Shown piece after piece: positions 29,701 to 40,000 of a stretch of DNA of 64,000 nucleotides (its first letter is position 1; the number at the start of each line of letters is the position of its first letter). The position numbers and the translations under genes are program-made. Under the pieces are notes generated by a model that did no database searches, was not told where the DNA came from, and saw only the letters and a list, made by a program, of their open reading frames with translations. The DNA comes from Ascidiella aspersa. Lineage: Eukaryota. The stretch is taken from NCBI GenBank assembly GCA_963924565.1, contig OZ004614.1, positions 8,308,001 to 8,372,000 on the forward strand, in the 5' to 3' direction.

Positions 29701-32700
29701 GGGACCTTCATCGGACTCGATTACTTGCTGGAGGAGATGAAGACGAGATCAAGCATCGACGTCTACCAAGCTGTCATGCATATGAGGGAACAGAGGATGG
29801 AGATGGTTCAGACTGTGGTAAGGTGGAATAAAATTGTTTGCAAATTGTCTGGAGAGTGTGCACTATATTGAAAAGAAAAATAGAAATGTTACACACTTTT
29901 TAAAGGGATTTAATTAAACACATTCTTTAATCCGACTATTACTAAGAATGCCTCTTTTACGATACTCGGGGACACCAATTTTACGACCTTATATATCGTA
30001 AATAACAATTTAGCGTGAGTTCTAGTTGTTTTTATCTTAGCGCTAATGTTCTGCCTCAGTAAAAATATCTGCCTGGTTCTCAAAAATACCAAGAAACGTA
30101 ATTGCCATTATTAATTATTTACAACAAAAACGAGCTTGCGCATTTCAATAAATTACATATATTTTCGGCTAAACAATGAACAACTAATTAAAGACTTTTA
30201 CATAACAATTTCCCTTATCATAGAATATATCTTCAAAACTGCAGCAATACATAGCGACAAATACCCTAATATTAACTATAACCACAATAAGAAATCCCTA
30301 ACAGTAACTTTGCCATTTCATTAACATAACGAATTCATAATCAAACAATTTTTCCTCATATACACGATAATGGCGTGATCTCACATGCTAGTCATACCAT
30401 AGCGAGGTAAATACCGTGGTAACCGGCGCCTATGAAATGCACAAATGTTTATAACCCATTGGGGTACTGAGTGTGTTAATTTAGTATTCCTTAAGTATAA
30501 TTACTAACGGCTAAAGATGTTGCAAGACCGCAACAGCCTCAAAACAAATACATTGCCAAATTCATAAAAGTATTTATAACTGTCATATTTGTAAATAGCT
30601 TCAATACGTCTTTCTGCACAAGCTACTTTACGAAATTCACGTGCTGGGAAATTCCGACAGCGAAGCTGAAGGTATAATAAGCAAACACATGGAAATGCAA
30701 GGGTAAGATGCGGAAGTATCACAAACTGGTACCTTACAGTATAATACATATTAGGGTTGTTAAAAAAAAAACTCTTTTTTTCCGAATTTCAGTGGGACCC
30801 CTGGAATTGTTAAGTTGCTTCTAAAAAACCCACAAACCAATTCTGACCATGTTTGGTTCAGTATTGGCTGTGCTACGTCAATTTAAAAATTCAGATTTCC
30901 GTTACAATTAAAAAAAAATTATCCTACTCCTATTTTTTTTTACTTTTTTTGCATTGCTTAAAATAGAATAGCAATAAATAAACCTGTTTTACAGTTTAGA
31001 AGTGAGTAGTCTGGTATAAATGTCACATTTCAACAACATGTCTTAGGCAGTTTTATATGAAAAATGTCCTTTTTAGCATGTTTTCATGAACTTGAGAAAA
31101 GTAATTGATATAATTGTGAATACTAAATGCACTTTGATTTGATGCCATGTCTGCTGCATCTTCAATATTTTTGAACTAAAAATATATTTTCATTAGTTGG
31201 TAGAATTTGTTGCCAATGTCATTCTTCGCTATAATCTATAAACCACTGTTGGTTGATCATCAGGCTTAATTAGGCAGCAGAAGGGCAATCTTGGTATAAA
31301 GCCTAAACACCGCGTTAAGGTATATGACATATCATTGTCTTGTCCTTCTGAAGTCGTACGTGTTAACAAATGGCTTGTAATACCGGAAATGCATACAAGC
31401 TTCGAAGGCTATGAAAAAATATGTTTTTTAATCAAGTTCACTGTATTTATTGCGAAACAATTACTAACGGAAGCTGACACTTGTTGGGAATTCTTTTAAA
31501 ACCCACCATACTTGTACTAGGAATCCTCTCAACAACGCAATATCCGTGGAATTCAACAAGCTGAAGTTTATCAAAGACGACCGACCGAAATCTCCAATTA
31601 GAATCAATGATGTGCCACTTATTCACTGTAAGTATGTGCTTGACTTAATTTAAAATTATGTTCATATTTTCAATCTGCTTCCTATTATTTTAAATGTCAA
31701 CGCCTATACAGTATTATATATAGGTATGTGAACTGCGATGTGACGTTACGCATTTAAACAAGGCTTTTAACCTTAACATTGCCCAGGTTCTTAAGAAATT
31801 ACAAGTTTAAGCAGATATTGTTTGTTACAGACAAGCCAAAATCGGACAATTACTCCGCCTACACGGTCGAGGTAAGACATTTCAACCTTGAGATATAAAG
31901 CATAGACTAAAAAACGACCAGAAATTTTTGGATTTATTATTTCAGACTTATGCGAGGGTTGAAGGTGTTATCGTGTCGACCCAACCCAACAAAGACAAGG
32001 CTGAAGACTTTTGGTCAATCACTTTTGAGAGGGAAGTTGGACTCATCGTTGCGCTGGGAAAGGTCTGTATTGTAGCTTGAGAAAAAAAATAAAATTATTC
32101 AACAAATGTAACGCCCAACTAATCCAGAACTCTACTTAACGTCCTGCCAAGTGCCAAGCGCTACAACGCGTGTATTTTACTTGTATTAAAATAAGCGACA
32201 GTAAAATACTAAAACACTGAAACAACGAAAAGCGGCCAACGCCTAAAACGGTGACCTAAACGTTAATTCCCAAGGTTTTCTACAATGAAATGCACTCAAG
32301 CTAGACCCCAAACGCGACTGCCCACATTAGATTTCGCGTACCCATTCACTATAACGAGCGAAAAAAAGGTGTGCGTTTCAAAACATAACTAATTATTGGG
32401 TGCCAACAGAAAACGTGATAAGATAAGAAATAAAGCGTGAAAGGTGAGGTGTAAAAGTGGAAAAGCGATATAATTTATGTGAGTGAGAAAGAAAGAGGAA
32501 AACGAAAACACGCGTACAAACGATAAAACAGAGAAACAATAACACACATAGAAACTATAAATAATCGGTTTACCACACATACATATTATTTGTGAAGCCA
32601 CAAATACATATTACAAGGGTAAGTCAAGATTTTTGCCATTTATATGATAGTATTGGTGACACTTAAAAGTTTATGCCCTTTTACAGCTTAAAATGTCATA

Positions 32701-34145
32701 CTCTTTTAAGTTTTAAGGGCGAGAAAAAAACTTATATTTTTAAACATGGAAAGCTATATATATAGTTTGTGTGACTCTTATTAACAGAATATAACACTAA
32801 ACCCTTCTGAATGAAGAAATTGGTCACGTTCGCAATATTTTGTCATATTTATACTCTTAGCTTGATTCTCATCATTGGCCTCAACCGCCCAACACCAACC
32901 AGGAATTCGGAGACATCGTTGTGAGCAAGATATCTGAATGTGTTGAAAAATCAGTGATCCAAACACGTTTCACCGTGGAGAGCAAGCAACGTGGAATCAA
33001 GGCAAGTATCGCACTGTTAATGTTTCAAGATTCAAACTCTATTTAAAGTTAAAGTTCTTTTTATTCCTTTATTCAAAATAAAAAAACATTTAGCTCACAA
33101 AATCAATTGTTAATTAGTGCCCTTTTAATCAATATTTAATTAATATCTTTTAGTACATTTTAATATTGTGTCTATATTTTAACATTAATTCAATGATATA
33201 CATATTCCGCAAGACTTTAGTAATTTTTTTGTTAATGTGATTCTTTCTTGTTTATCGGTATGGAAAAGGAAATGTGTATTAAATACGTTATACAACACCT
33301 ACCACATCTCCAAATGAACTAAGATTAGTTGAAATAAAATAACAATATTTGACACTTAGGTCCCTATAACTCAACTTGAGTTCGACAGTTGGTCGAGCCA
33401 GGGTTTACCAAACGAGGATTTGTTCAATATATTTTCTGTCATCGACTCGCATCTGAAAGGCAACTCAAACAAGAACATGATCTTGCTTGCCAAGTAAGTT
33501 GTTGCTGTATGTCAGTCAAAATTTATTCGTACCAATGCTCGTAAACTATGCACTTGTTGGGTAGTTTGTCCCCTTGGGCTGCAAGCAAATTTCAACGTAA
33601 TCAGTTTGTTTACGGCAAATTGCTTGGTGTGCTTCAAAATATGTCAGCAAATCTGAAAGTTTTAGAAACGCCACCACTTTAGTCGTTTTTTAAACTAATT
33701 CGCAACAAACCCGATGTAGTGCATAAGGGCAATACAACAAATTTTAGTTTAGAATTTCAAACAGCATTATGAAAGTGTGCCTTTTTGTACACTCCGTTAT
33801 TTTATTTGCTGCATTTTTGTGAAACAACGCGATTTAAACTATTGCCATTTTTCGTTTAGACACGATTTCACTCGTCCTGCGATGTTTTGTATTTGCTGGA
33901 ACTTGGTGGCACGTTACAAAGCTGAGATGATGGTGGACGTTTATCGGGCGTTCAAAGACACACAGGACTGTTTGCCGGGAGTTACCTTAGATAAGGTAAA
34001 GCATTGTTTTCTCTATTTGTAATACTGTACAATACATGTGGTTGTAATACATATATTTACCATACAGGCCCACTACGAATGCTGCTATTCACTGATGAAA
34101 TCCTACATCGATTCATTTTCAAGCTACGCTAATTTCACTAATTGA
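2632..34145 (+). CDS. Receptor-type protein tyrosine phosphatase, paralogue 1 (SP-CTLD-7xIg-CTLD-like-FN3-TM-PTP D1-PTP D2); cytoplasmic part PTPRA/PTPRE (R4)-like; 38 exons, 1798 aa
   Basis: Manually spliced exons with all phases compatible and no internal stop: 2632-2704, 7834-8028, 8118-8195, 8571-8750, 9353-9628, 13208-13319, 14389-14582, 15063-15174, 15411-15595, 15745-15862, 22423-22610, 22721-22838, 22903-23093, 23713-23824, 24045-24244, 24433-24726, 24788-24952, 25074-25163, 25328-25548, 25713-25880, 26155-26338, 26686-26806, 27470-27534, 27794-27969, 28156-28249, 28314-28378, 28649-28783, 28896-29039, 29152-29300, 29682-29817, 30599-30702, 31521-31627, 31831-31871, 31946-32062, 32861-33001, 33360-33493, 33860-33995, 34068-34145 (TGA). 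Sum 5397 nt. Three donors are GC. PTP motifs RNRY, YINAS, IATQGP, DFWMMIW, KCNQYWP, WPDHGVP, HCSAGAGRTG, VQTVLQY. Confidence 0.9.
3331..4267. mobile_element. Non-autonomous hAT element
   Basis: Perfect 8-bp TSD CACTAGAG; imperfect TIR CAGACGTGGGTAA / TTACCCACTCCTG; subterminal CGGCCCGCGGGCCG palindrome. Confidence 0.85.
4541..5020. mobile_element. Palindromic (foldback-type) MITE
   Basis: Long imperfect inverted repeats AGGTCTACAACAATTAGGGCATCCAA...AAAAGTCTGACTTTTA vs TAAAAGTCAGACTTTT...TTGGATGCCCTAGTTGTCGTAGACCT. Confidence 0.7.
5023..5468 (+). mobile_element. 3' remnant of a hAT (Buster/Charlie-type) transposon with the transposase dimerisation domain
   Basis: EFWVSL...YQNLSEKAISIL, frameshift, then PTSYLCEQRFLALVEIKTKK, ending QQRSH*; terminal AAAAAGGTTAAGAAGCACCG. 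Confidence 0.8.
5995..6260 (-). mobile_element. Truncated L1/Tx1-type LINE 3' fragment
   Basis: Homologous to about 42634-42895 (FSPEQLLFGVHKDEPCKTF...YQCKY). Confidence 0.7.
7834..8750 (+). CDS. N-terminal C-type lectin domain of paralogue 1 (exons 2-4)
   Basis: AKSACIAGGGGGNLASI...YAFIGG...FNWPDGT...GYNGW...GNPSGFGQC...WKWGDAFC...YYLCE follows the CTLD Cys/Trp pattern. Confidence 0.85.
9353..24726 (+). CDS. Seven Ig-like domains of paralogue 1 (exons 5-16)
   Basis: Repeated C-x-S-x-G-x-P-x-P-x-V-x-W and D/E-x-G-x-Y-x-C-x-A-x-N-type motifs. Ig2-Ig6 are each split into a 112-118 nt and a 185-200 nt exon. Ig1 (9353-9628) and Ig7 (24433-24726) are single exons. Confidence 0.88.
10536..10818. 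mobile_element. Degenerate hAT-type MITE
   Basis: CAGTGTTTCTCAA ... TTTAAAATCACTG termini; TSD not preserved. Confidence 0.55.
11839..12456. mobile_element. hAT MITE (same family as 59837-60390)
   Basis: TIR CAGGGATGGCGAACC / GGTTTGACATCCCTG; TSD TTCTGTAT/TTCTGTAG. Confidence 0.85.
15951..16115 (-). repeat. 3' LTR
   Basis: Direct repeat of 19821-19985, adjacent to the PPT. Confidence 0.95.
16174..19790 (-). pseudogene. Frameshifted gag-pol of the LTR element
   Basis: Gag zinc knuckle CFQCGRRGHYKRAC, protease LDSGA, RT FSKLDANSGFWQ and MDD, RNase H ADASSYGLGAVL...TDHKPL, integrase PWQKVGCDLF...SDNGPQF...PQSNGEA; broken into about 9 ORF pieces. Confidence 0.93.
19821..19985 (-). repeat. 5' LTR
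   Basis: Direct repeat of 15951-16115, adjacent to the PBS at 19802-19820. Confidence 0.95.
24788..26338 (+). CDS. Second compact CTLD-like domain (24788-25163), FN3 domain (from 25328) and membrane-proximal region of paralogue 1
   Basis: YYNYNNGLLNYNSASKYCSDHGGELP...TWVQG...C...SCSESHAFIC is CTLD-like; SIDVKW...YVI...TATIRNLASEQNYTVAL is an FN3 pattern. Confidence 0.7.
26686..26806 (+). CDS. Stalk and transmembrane exon of paralogue 1
   Basis: APATVTTAPHSTPSNPAP-IVGGTVGSILIVIILLGLAFY-NR; the next exon carries basic RRKKR. Confidence 0.88.
28156..30702 (+). CDS. Membrane-proximal PTP domain D1, catalytic motifs intact
   Basis: NASRNRYKNIIPYD, YINAS, WIATQGP, DFWMMIW, KCNQYWP, WPDHGVP, VVHCSAGAGRTG (HCS codon split by intron 29301-29681), MVQTVLQYVF. 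Confidence 0.95.
29478..29540 (-). mobile_element. tRNA-derived SINE head or tRNA relic
   Basis: Minus strand TAGCTCAGTAGTTAGAGC...GTTCGAATCTC followed by a T run; anticodon arm missing. Confidence 0.55.
29956..30535 (-). repeat. Unclassified interspersed repeat, inverted copy of 58653-59236
   Basis: About 580 bp of reverse-complement similarity; one end is the hairpin TGTTGCGGTCTTGCAACA. Confidence 0.8.
31521..34145 (+). CDS. Membrane-distal PTP domain D2 (pseudophosphatase) and C-terminal YANF tail
   Basis: EFNKL, EDFWS, HHWP, VDVYRA recognisable; intron phases parallel D1 and a 136-nt exon occurs in both; WPD is WSS and HCSAGxGR is LAKHDFTR; ends SYIDSFSSYANFTN*. Confidence 0.85.
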
Positions 34146-34642
34146 CTTTTGGCCTACCAAAGTATATATTTTATGGCAAATCTGAATTGTATTGTTGTTT
34201 AGCATGTATTGTTGTCTTTTCATTTAATATTGTATTACTTATTTGAGTATTCTATCGGGCTGTTCATTTGAGAATTGAGGCCGATTGGCAGTCGTATAAC
34301 AAGTTAAATTTGCAATGTCTATGTGTGGGCTCTAAACACGAACGCAGTTTGTTTGAACCAATTTTAAGGCGTAAATCTACCAAATGATTTATGGGGAAAT
34401 CTGAAAATCTTGTTTAGTAGAAATGGTATATTATGTCATTTAATTGAAACCTACTTTTATGTTTATATCAGTGTCTCTTTATCGCGTTATTTTAATTATG
34501 CACTTATATTGCATCTTATAACTTTTAGGGGCTGAAACATTATATGCACTTGATGTTTTGAGAAGAACATATATATATATAAAATGCTGTGATTTGCCTG
34601 GAGTATCAAACTTTCATTTTGTCAGATATTATCATTCTGTGC

Positions 34643-34648
34643 AATAAA
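34643..34648 (+). terminator. Candidate polyadenylation signal of paralogue 1
   Basis: AATAAA about 500 nt after the stop, followed by a GT-rich tract at 34681-34707. Confidence 0.5.
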
Positions 34649-34989
34649 TTAAATTAAAATGTACTATCATAACTTTGTACTGGTGTGTGTGGACTTTTGT
34701 TGTATTGACTCTTAATATTAGCAGTAACAAAACTAGGGAAGTCATGAAAAGTTCTAATTCTGTTCTCACAGAGAATTGCATATCTAGAAACTTAAAACAG
34801 GTGAGTGTTGATTATATTTAACACCGCTACGTTAAACTTCTATTCTGACGTTTTTAAGTGGACTTTTTACTCATGAGGGCTTTTTCATTTCAGAACCAAC
34901 ATTGACAGACATGAAAGCATGCGGTGAGTCTCATTTAAACATACAGTAAAAAATTACAGATGGATAATGTTGCTTCTTTTTGGTTTTGC

Positions 34990-35167
34990 ATGCCTTCTTT
35001 CTACAAGCTTTTCAGTATGCCTTCTTCTAGAAGCTTTTCTGTATGCCTTCTTCTAATAGATTTTCTGTATGCCTTTTTCTAGTAGCTTTTCTGTATGCCT
35101 TCTTCTAGTAGCTTTTCAGTATGCCTTCTTCTAGTAGCTTTTCTGCATGCCTTCTTCTAGTAGCTTT
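34990..35167. repeat. 26-bp minisatellite, about 7 copies
   Basis: Unit ATGCCTTCTTCTAGTAGCTTTTCTGT starting at 34990, 35017, 35043, 35069, 35095, 35121, 35147. Confidence 0.92.
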
Positions 35168-35597
35168 ATTTCCTTCTTAGGTATTAGCATAATATAAATA
35201 ACACGGGGGCGCAATTCAGAATTAGATCTGGCGGATCTTGCCAACGCTGTATGCTGCTGATAAACATAGCTCTTGAGTAGCTTTATTGGAACCTGTTTGT
35301 TTTGTATGTAAGCATTCTGCTTAGGTATTTCAGTTAGAAAAAAGATACAACCCACAATCCGCTGTTCTTTATATTTTTGATTGTTGTTGAAAAAAATATG
35401 CCGGTTGGTATAGTCGCTACTCGTGAAAGTTTACAATATTATACAAAGGTCGCCAATATTGGGTTGTCTCGTTGGCCATGCAACCCTTTACACTCGCAAA
35501 TACCCCATAATTCACTTTTAAAAACTGTTGTTTAAATGTCAGCGATTTAAGTTACATGTTGAGAAAAAATCACTTTTATTATTAGATTCGATTAGGG

Positions 35598-35933
35598 CAG
35601 TGGTCGGCAACCGCCGGTTCGCGAGGAGTTCGTTACCGGTCCGTAGCAGGGTTTCTAGATTACAATTTTTATTTAAACCCAAAATGTACGTAAAAAGCCG
35701 GAAAAAAGTCAACAACAATTGAATGTATTTTTTTATTGAAAACAAAAACTTTGGTTTGGTTTGAAACTGTGGTTCCCAAACTTTTTTGGCTCGCGACACA
35801 CTAAAAAATCTTAACTATTTCGCGGCACACTTTTAACAGAACAACAATAGAGTCATTTTACAATTGCCCTTAACACCCGGCAAGCTATATATGTTGTACC
35901 GGTCCGCAGTGCAAAAAAGGTTGCCGACCCCTG
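35598..35933. mobile_element. hAT MITE
   Basis: TIR CAGTGGTCGGCAACC / GGTTGCCGACCCCTG; degenerate TSD GATTAGGG/GAGTAGAG. Confidence 0.75.
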
Positions 35934-36572
35934 GAGTAGAGCATGTCCACTATTTACATCGTGTAAATACATATTTTATGATTCATAAAACATTTCTAAA
36001 ATGCATTCAAATAAACTACAACGACTTTTTATTGCTTCACTGCCTTTGATTGACAAAAAGCGTTTCGCGTGTTATTCTTTAATCAATTTAACGACTATAT
36101 TTCCGTCCTTAAAATAACTCAACAGTCATTTAAAGTTGACAATTTTTTTTAGTTAAAAGGATTTTTTTACTGCTAAAGTGCGGAAAAAAACTTTTTTTAT
36201 TTAGATATCAATTTTAACATAGTCCAAGTGCAATATGGTATACTGACATGATGATATAAAGTAACTAAGTTATTTATATTCATACTTCAACCTGTAATTT
36301 ATGTTTTTTAAGTTGATACCAAAAGTAACAACGGTAAGAAACAACAGATTATTCTTATATTTTTTTTCGATTCGTTCCATTTTTTACCTATGTTGCTTTG
36401 ATTTGGATTTACGATTTGAAGCTTTGTATTCCCGGAACCCCTAAAACTTTTCAAGGAAGCCAATTGGTCGACCTTACTTTGTGAGACGCTGATCAAGTTT
36501 GAAAACCATACCATTGATGATTTGCCGATACCCATGGCTTATTAGCCACATTGCCCATACCATCATTTAAAG

Positions 36573-36881
36573 CAGAGGTTTTTAAACTTTTTTACCTCGG
36601 ACCCCTAATTTGTTTTTGCTTCGCGTGGACCACGGTAGGCAAGAAATTTTCAAAACATGACGTCATAAATGAACGTCACAGTCAAAAACTTTAGAAATAC
36701 GCTGATGGTAAAATAAAGTCTAAACACATTGCTAAACATTTCTTTTTTGAAAAACTATTTTCTTTGAAAAATTGACTGCTTCTTAAATATACATTAATAT
36801 TTCAATTTGACCTCCATGGACCCCCTTAAAATTAGTTCACGGAGCCCAAGGGGTCCATGGACCCCAGTTTAAGAACCCCTG
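36573..36881. mobile_element. hAT MITE in the upstream region of paralogue 2
   Basis: TIR CAGAGGTTTTTAAACT / AGTTTAAGAACCCCTG; perfect TSD ATTTAAAG; empty site with a single ATTTAAAG at 2444-2451. Confidence 0.92.
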
Positions 36882-36971
36882 ATTTAAAGCCTCGTGCAAA
36901 TAGCATATAGCGCTGTTTTATTTTTATCTTCCTCACTACTTTATTTTTTCCATTGCGACTTCTAGTTTGCG

Positions 36972-36978
36972 TATAAAA
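36972..36978 (+). promoter_or_regulatory. TATA box of paralogue 2 leader A
   Basis: TATAAAA in a block homologous to about 2280-2730. Confidence 0.55.
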
Positions 36979-37067
36979 GCGAATGCTGGAACCAGTTGGA
37001 CTCATTTTCGAGTTTAGTTACGAGGTGGCAACAGCTATGCTGACTACCGTGTAACAACGTGGTAGAT

Positions 37068-40000
37068 ATGATAAGCCTCACGATGAACAAAACGATAGTT
37101 TGTTTAATATTCGCCGTCGTATGTTGCTTCGGGAAAACAGGTTGGTTTTCTGGTTTTGTTTTTCTCTTGAATTATGTTTTAAAACTACTTTTTTTGAAAA
37201 GGCCCGAAGCCCTTGTGTGTCCGCCGTACAGCCTGCATCGTACAGACAGTTATTTCATATCAATGTATACAGCGAAGTACAAAGAGGCGCTTTAAATCTT
37301 AAACTGTGGTTTCATAATTTTTTAAGTCTGTTTTTTACCAAAAGGTAATTTTGCAATGAAACGTCAATCAGCATCGGTACACAGTAAAGTTATTGGTATG
37401 TCACAATTGCCAATTGTAGATTCGTTACAGACGAATAGTTACGCAAAATCAAAATCAAATATGAAAATATACCTAAACAACTAATATTGTGAAAACTGCT
37501 GTTCTCGAATGAACTCGTGCTCAAATATGCTACTAAAGTTAAGTCTAATGGCGCCGTGAGCGAAAACAGTTCATTTATTAGGTTTGTTTAAAGATGTAAC
37601 GCTTTGCACACATAGTAGAGACAAAATAAGTGTTCTATATGAGTTTATACGCGCGGCATGGCATGCATAATGTACACAGCGCGTTTAGGCTGAGGGCATT
37701 TCTATAAAACGGGGGGAAAAAGTTGAAACGGGAAAAATTTGCTTTTAAAAAGTAAAACTTGACAAAAAATACAGTTAGCCTGATGCCCCCATTCCTGGTT
37801 ACACCCCTGAAAAAAAACAATGTGACAAAACTGTACATAGTAAGTATCGTCTCACATTCAGGTTACTTTAACGGAATATTAAAAAATACGAAAAAAATCA
37901 TATTATTAAGAAGAGTTAAGTTTAAGCGATTGGCATAAAATAATATGTGTCAGTCATGGAATAAATAAGTTCATTAAAGGTATTTGGGTTTTCAAAACAT
38001 TCTAAAAATTCAATTATTTTTCCTCCAGGCGACCCTCGCGTCGCCAGGATTGCGCCCTCCCAGTTTAAGAATCCCTGCTATAGTCGCTATAGCAAACAAC
38101 GATGTTTTAAAACAACATCGACACAATCGAATGTTGTGTATTGTTGTTGGATCGTCAGCCTTCCTAATATTTTGAGCTTTAATGTCGGAGGTTTGAGGTA
38201 TGGTTTCCACTTTGGTGACTATTTCGCTGTTTATTTTAGTTTATGACAAAAATTGAAATATTTAAAAAAGCTACCACATTTTAATAAGGTTGCTACAAAC
38301 AAATTATTTTCGTGAACAAATGTCGTAATTCTCTCTTTATTTTTCTAGTGTTAAATATAATCGTGTACTGTAGTATATATTATTTTTGAAGTGCAAATGT
38401 ATTACATTTTTTTGTTTATTGAATCGCATACATTTTAATTTGGCGGGTTTAAACCTGGATAGTCTCGTGGCACACCAGTTGCTGAGCACTTGCTTTGTCC
38501 ACGATTCTTGTTTATAAAACCTTATGTATATAGTTAGAAACCAAATGTATATAGTTAGAAACCAGGGCTGCGGAGTCGGATTCGGGAGTCTGATTCGGGA
38601 GTCGGGTAAGACCACGTAAAACTAAGTCCCGAGTCCGACGTGCGCATCGCAGTATAAAAATTTTAAAACTGATACCAACTGTAAATTGCAAAGGCGGACT
38701 AGCATATAATAAATATTTTCCAACCGGGTAGTGTGAGTGGATGAATTATATCACACCCTTGTAAGTGGTAAGTGGATTGATGAATATCCACCGTTTTTAT
38801 TTAGGAAAATTAGCGGAACACAGGCTGTAGAGTCAGAGACGGACTCGGCGCGCACATTTGGCCGGAGTCGGGACTGGGGGTCAGACTCGGTATATTTTTA
38901 ACCGACTTTGCAGCCGTGTTATATACTATACCAAAACGCTGTGGGCAGTGGACTTGCCAGTTACTTAATAAATAGGTAGTTTAGTAACAGGGCCGTACAG
39001 CCACCGATGCAACCTATATGCATCACCACCTGTACCCAGAACAAAAGGGCCACGCTTTGCTAAGTTTTATCATATATATTTTTCTTAACGTATTAATTAG
39101 GATGCACGTTATACAAACTTTTGCAACTAAAAATGAAATAAACATAATTTTTAATCTTCCAGATTTATTTTTTGACGATATAATTGACGGCCTAATAACA
39201 CAATTAAATTGATGCACAACGTATTCTTTCAACGATGTCAGGGGCCACGGGGCCATGACCCTTACCAACATATGTTTTGGCATAATTTAACTATACTTAA
39301 ATGCAAAAATATTCGAGGTTTACGCCATATTTATATGACAACGTTTATTTAATTTGAGCAACTTATTAGTCCATTGGCACGCTGCATATGCAATTGGCAC
39401 ACAGTATGTGTTTTCCAGCTTAACAAACGAACTTTTTTATATTTCATTAATTTTAAATATAAACATAACATCGAAGATTTAAAGGTCTATATTAAGTCAC
39501 AGTGTTTGTTAACATAGTTATTTTGTAATTTTTCGTTTCGTGGGTAATTTGTTAGCTTTTAACTTAAAACTGCCACTTTTCTCCAAATACCACATAATGT
39601 GATTAAATCTCGGAAGCTAACATAAAAAACGTATAGGATGCTGCCAACAAGGACTGCAGAAAAAAATTACAACAAGTCATATCATTGCTGTTAAAATGAT
39701 GGCGGCCGGTATATGTTTTTTTATAGCTGTCACTTGGTTTAAAGAGCTCGGAATGAAATTGCAAGGGTAAATGCATGTGGAATATTAAACTGCTTCGATA
39801 TCTTGTAACAATTATATTGGCAGTAAGTAGATCTATCACCATAACGCTTATTACTTTTTATGCTTTTGCTTTCATTCATGAGAGTTTCTATGCAGGCTGT
39901 CAGTGTTGAAATGCAACCTTATAATAATTAATGTTTTATTATATATTGATGAGGTACTATAAGAGCTGAATAACATAGGCTACCGCCGAAGTAGCCTGCT

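Noticed and set aside
2632-34145. Naming the gene CD45/PTPRC, LAR or PTPRA
   Set aside because: No CD45-type acidic D2 insert, the ectodomain fits none of them, and orthology needs a phylogeny; symbol left blank.
34990-35167. CRISPR-like array
   Set aside because: Units are contiguous with no unique spacers, no cas genes, eukaryotic context.
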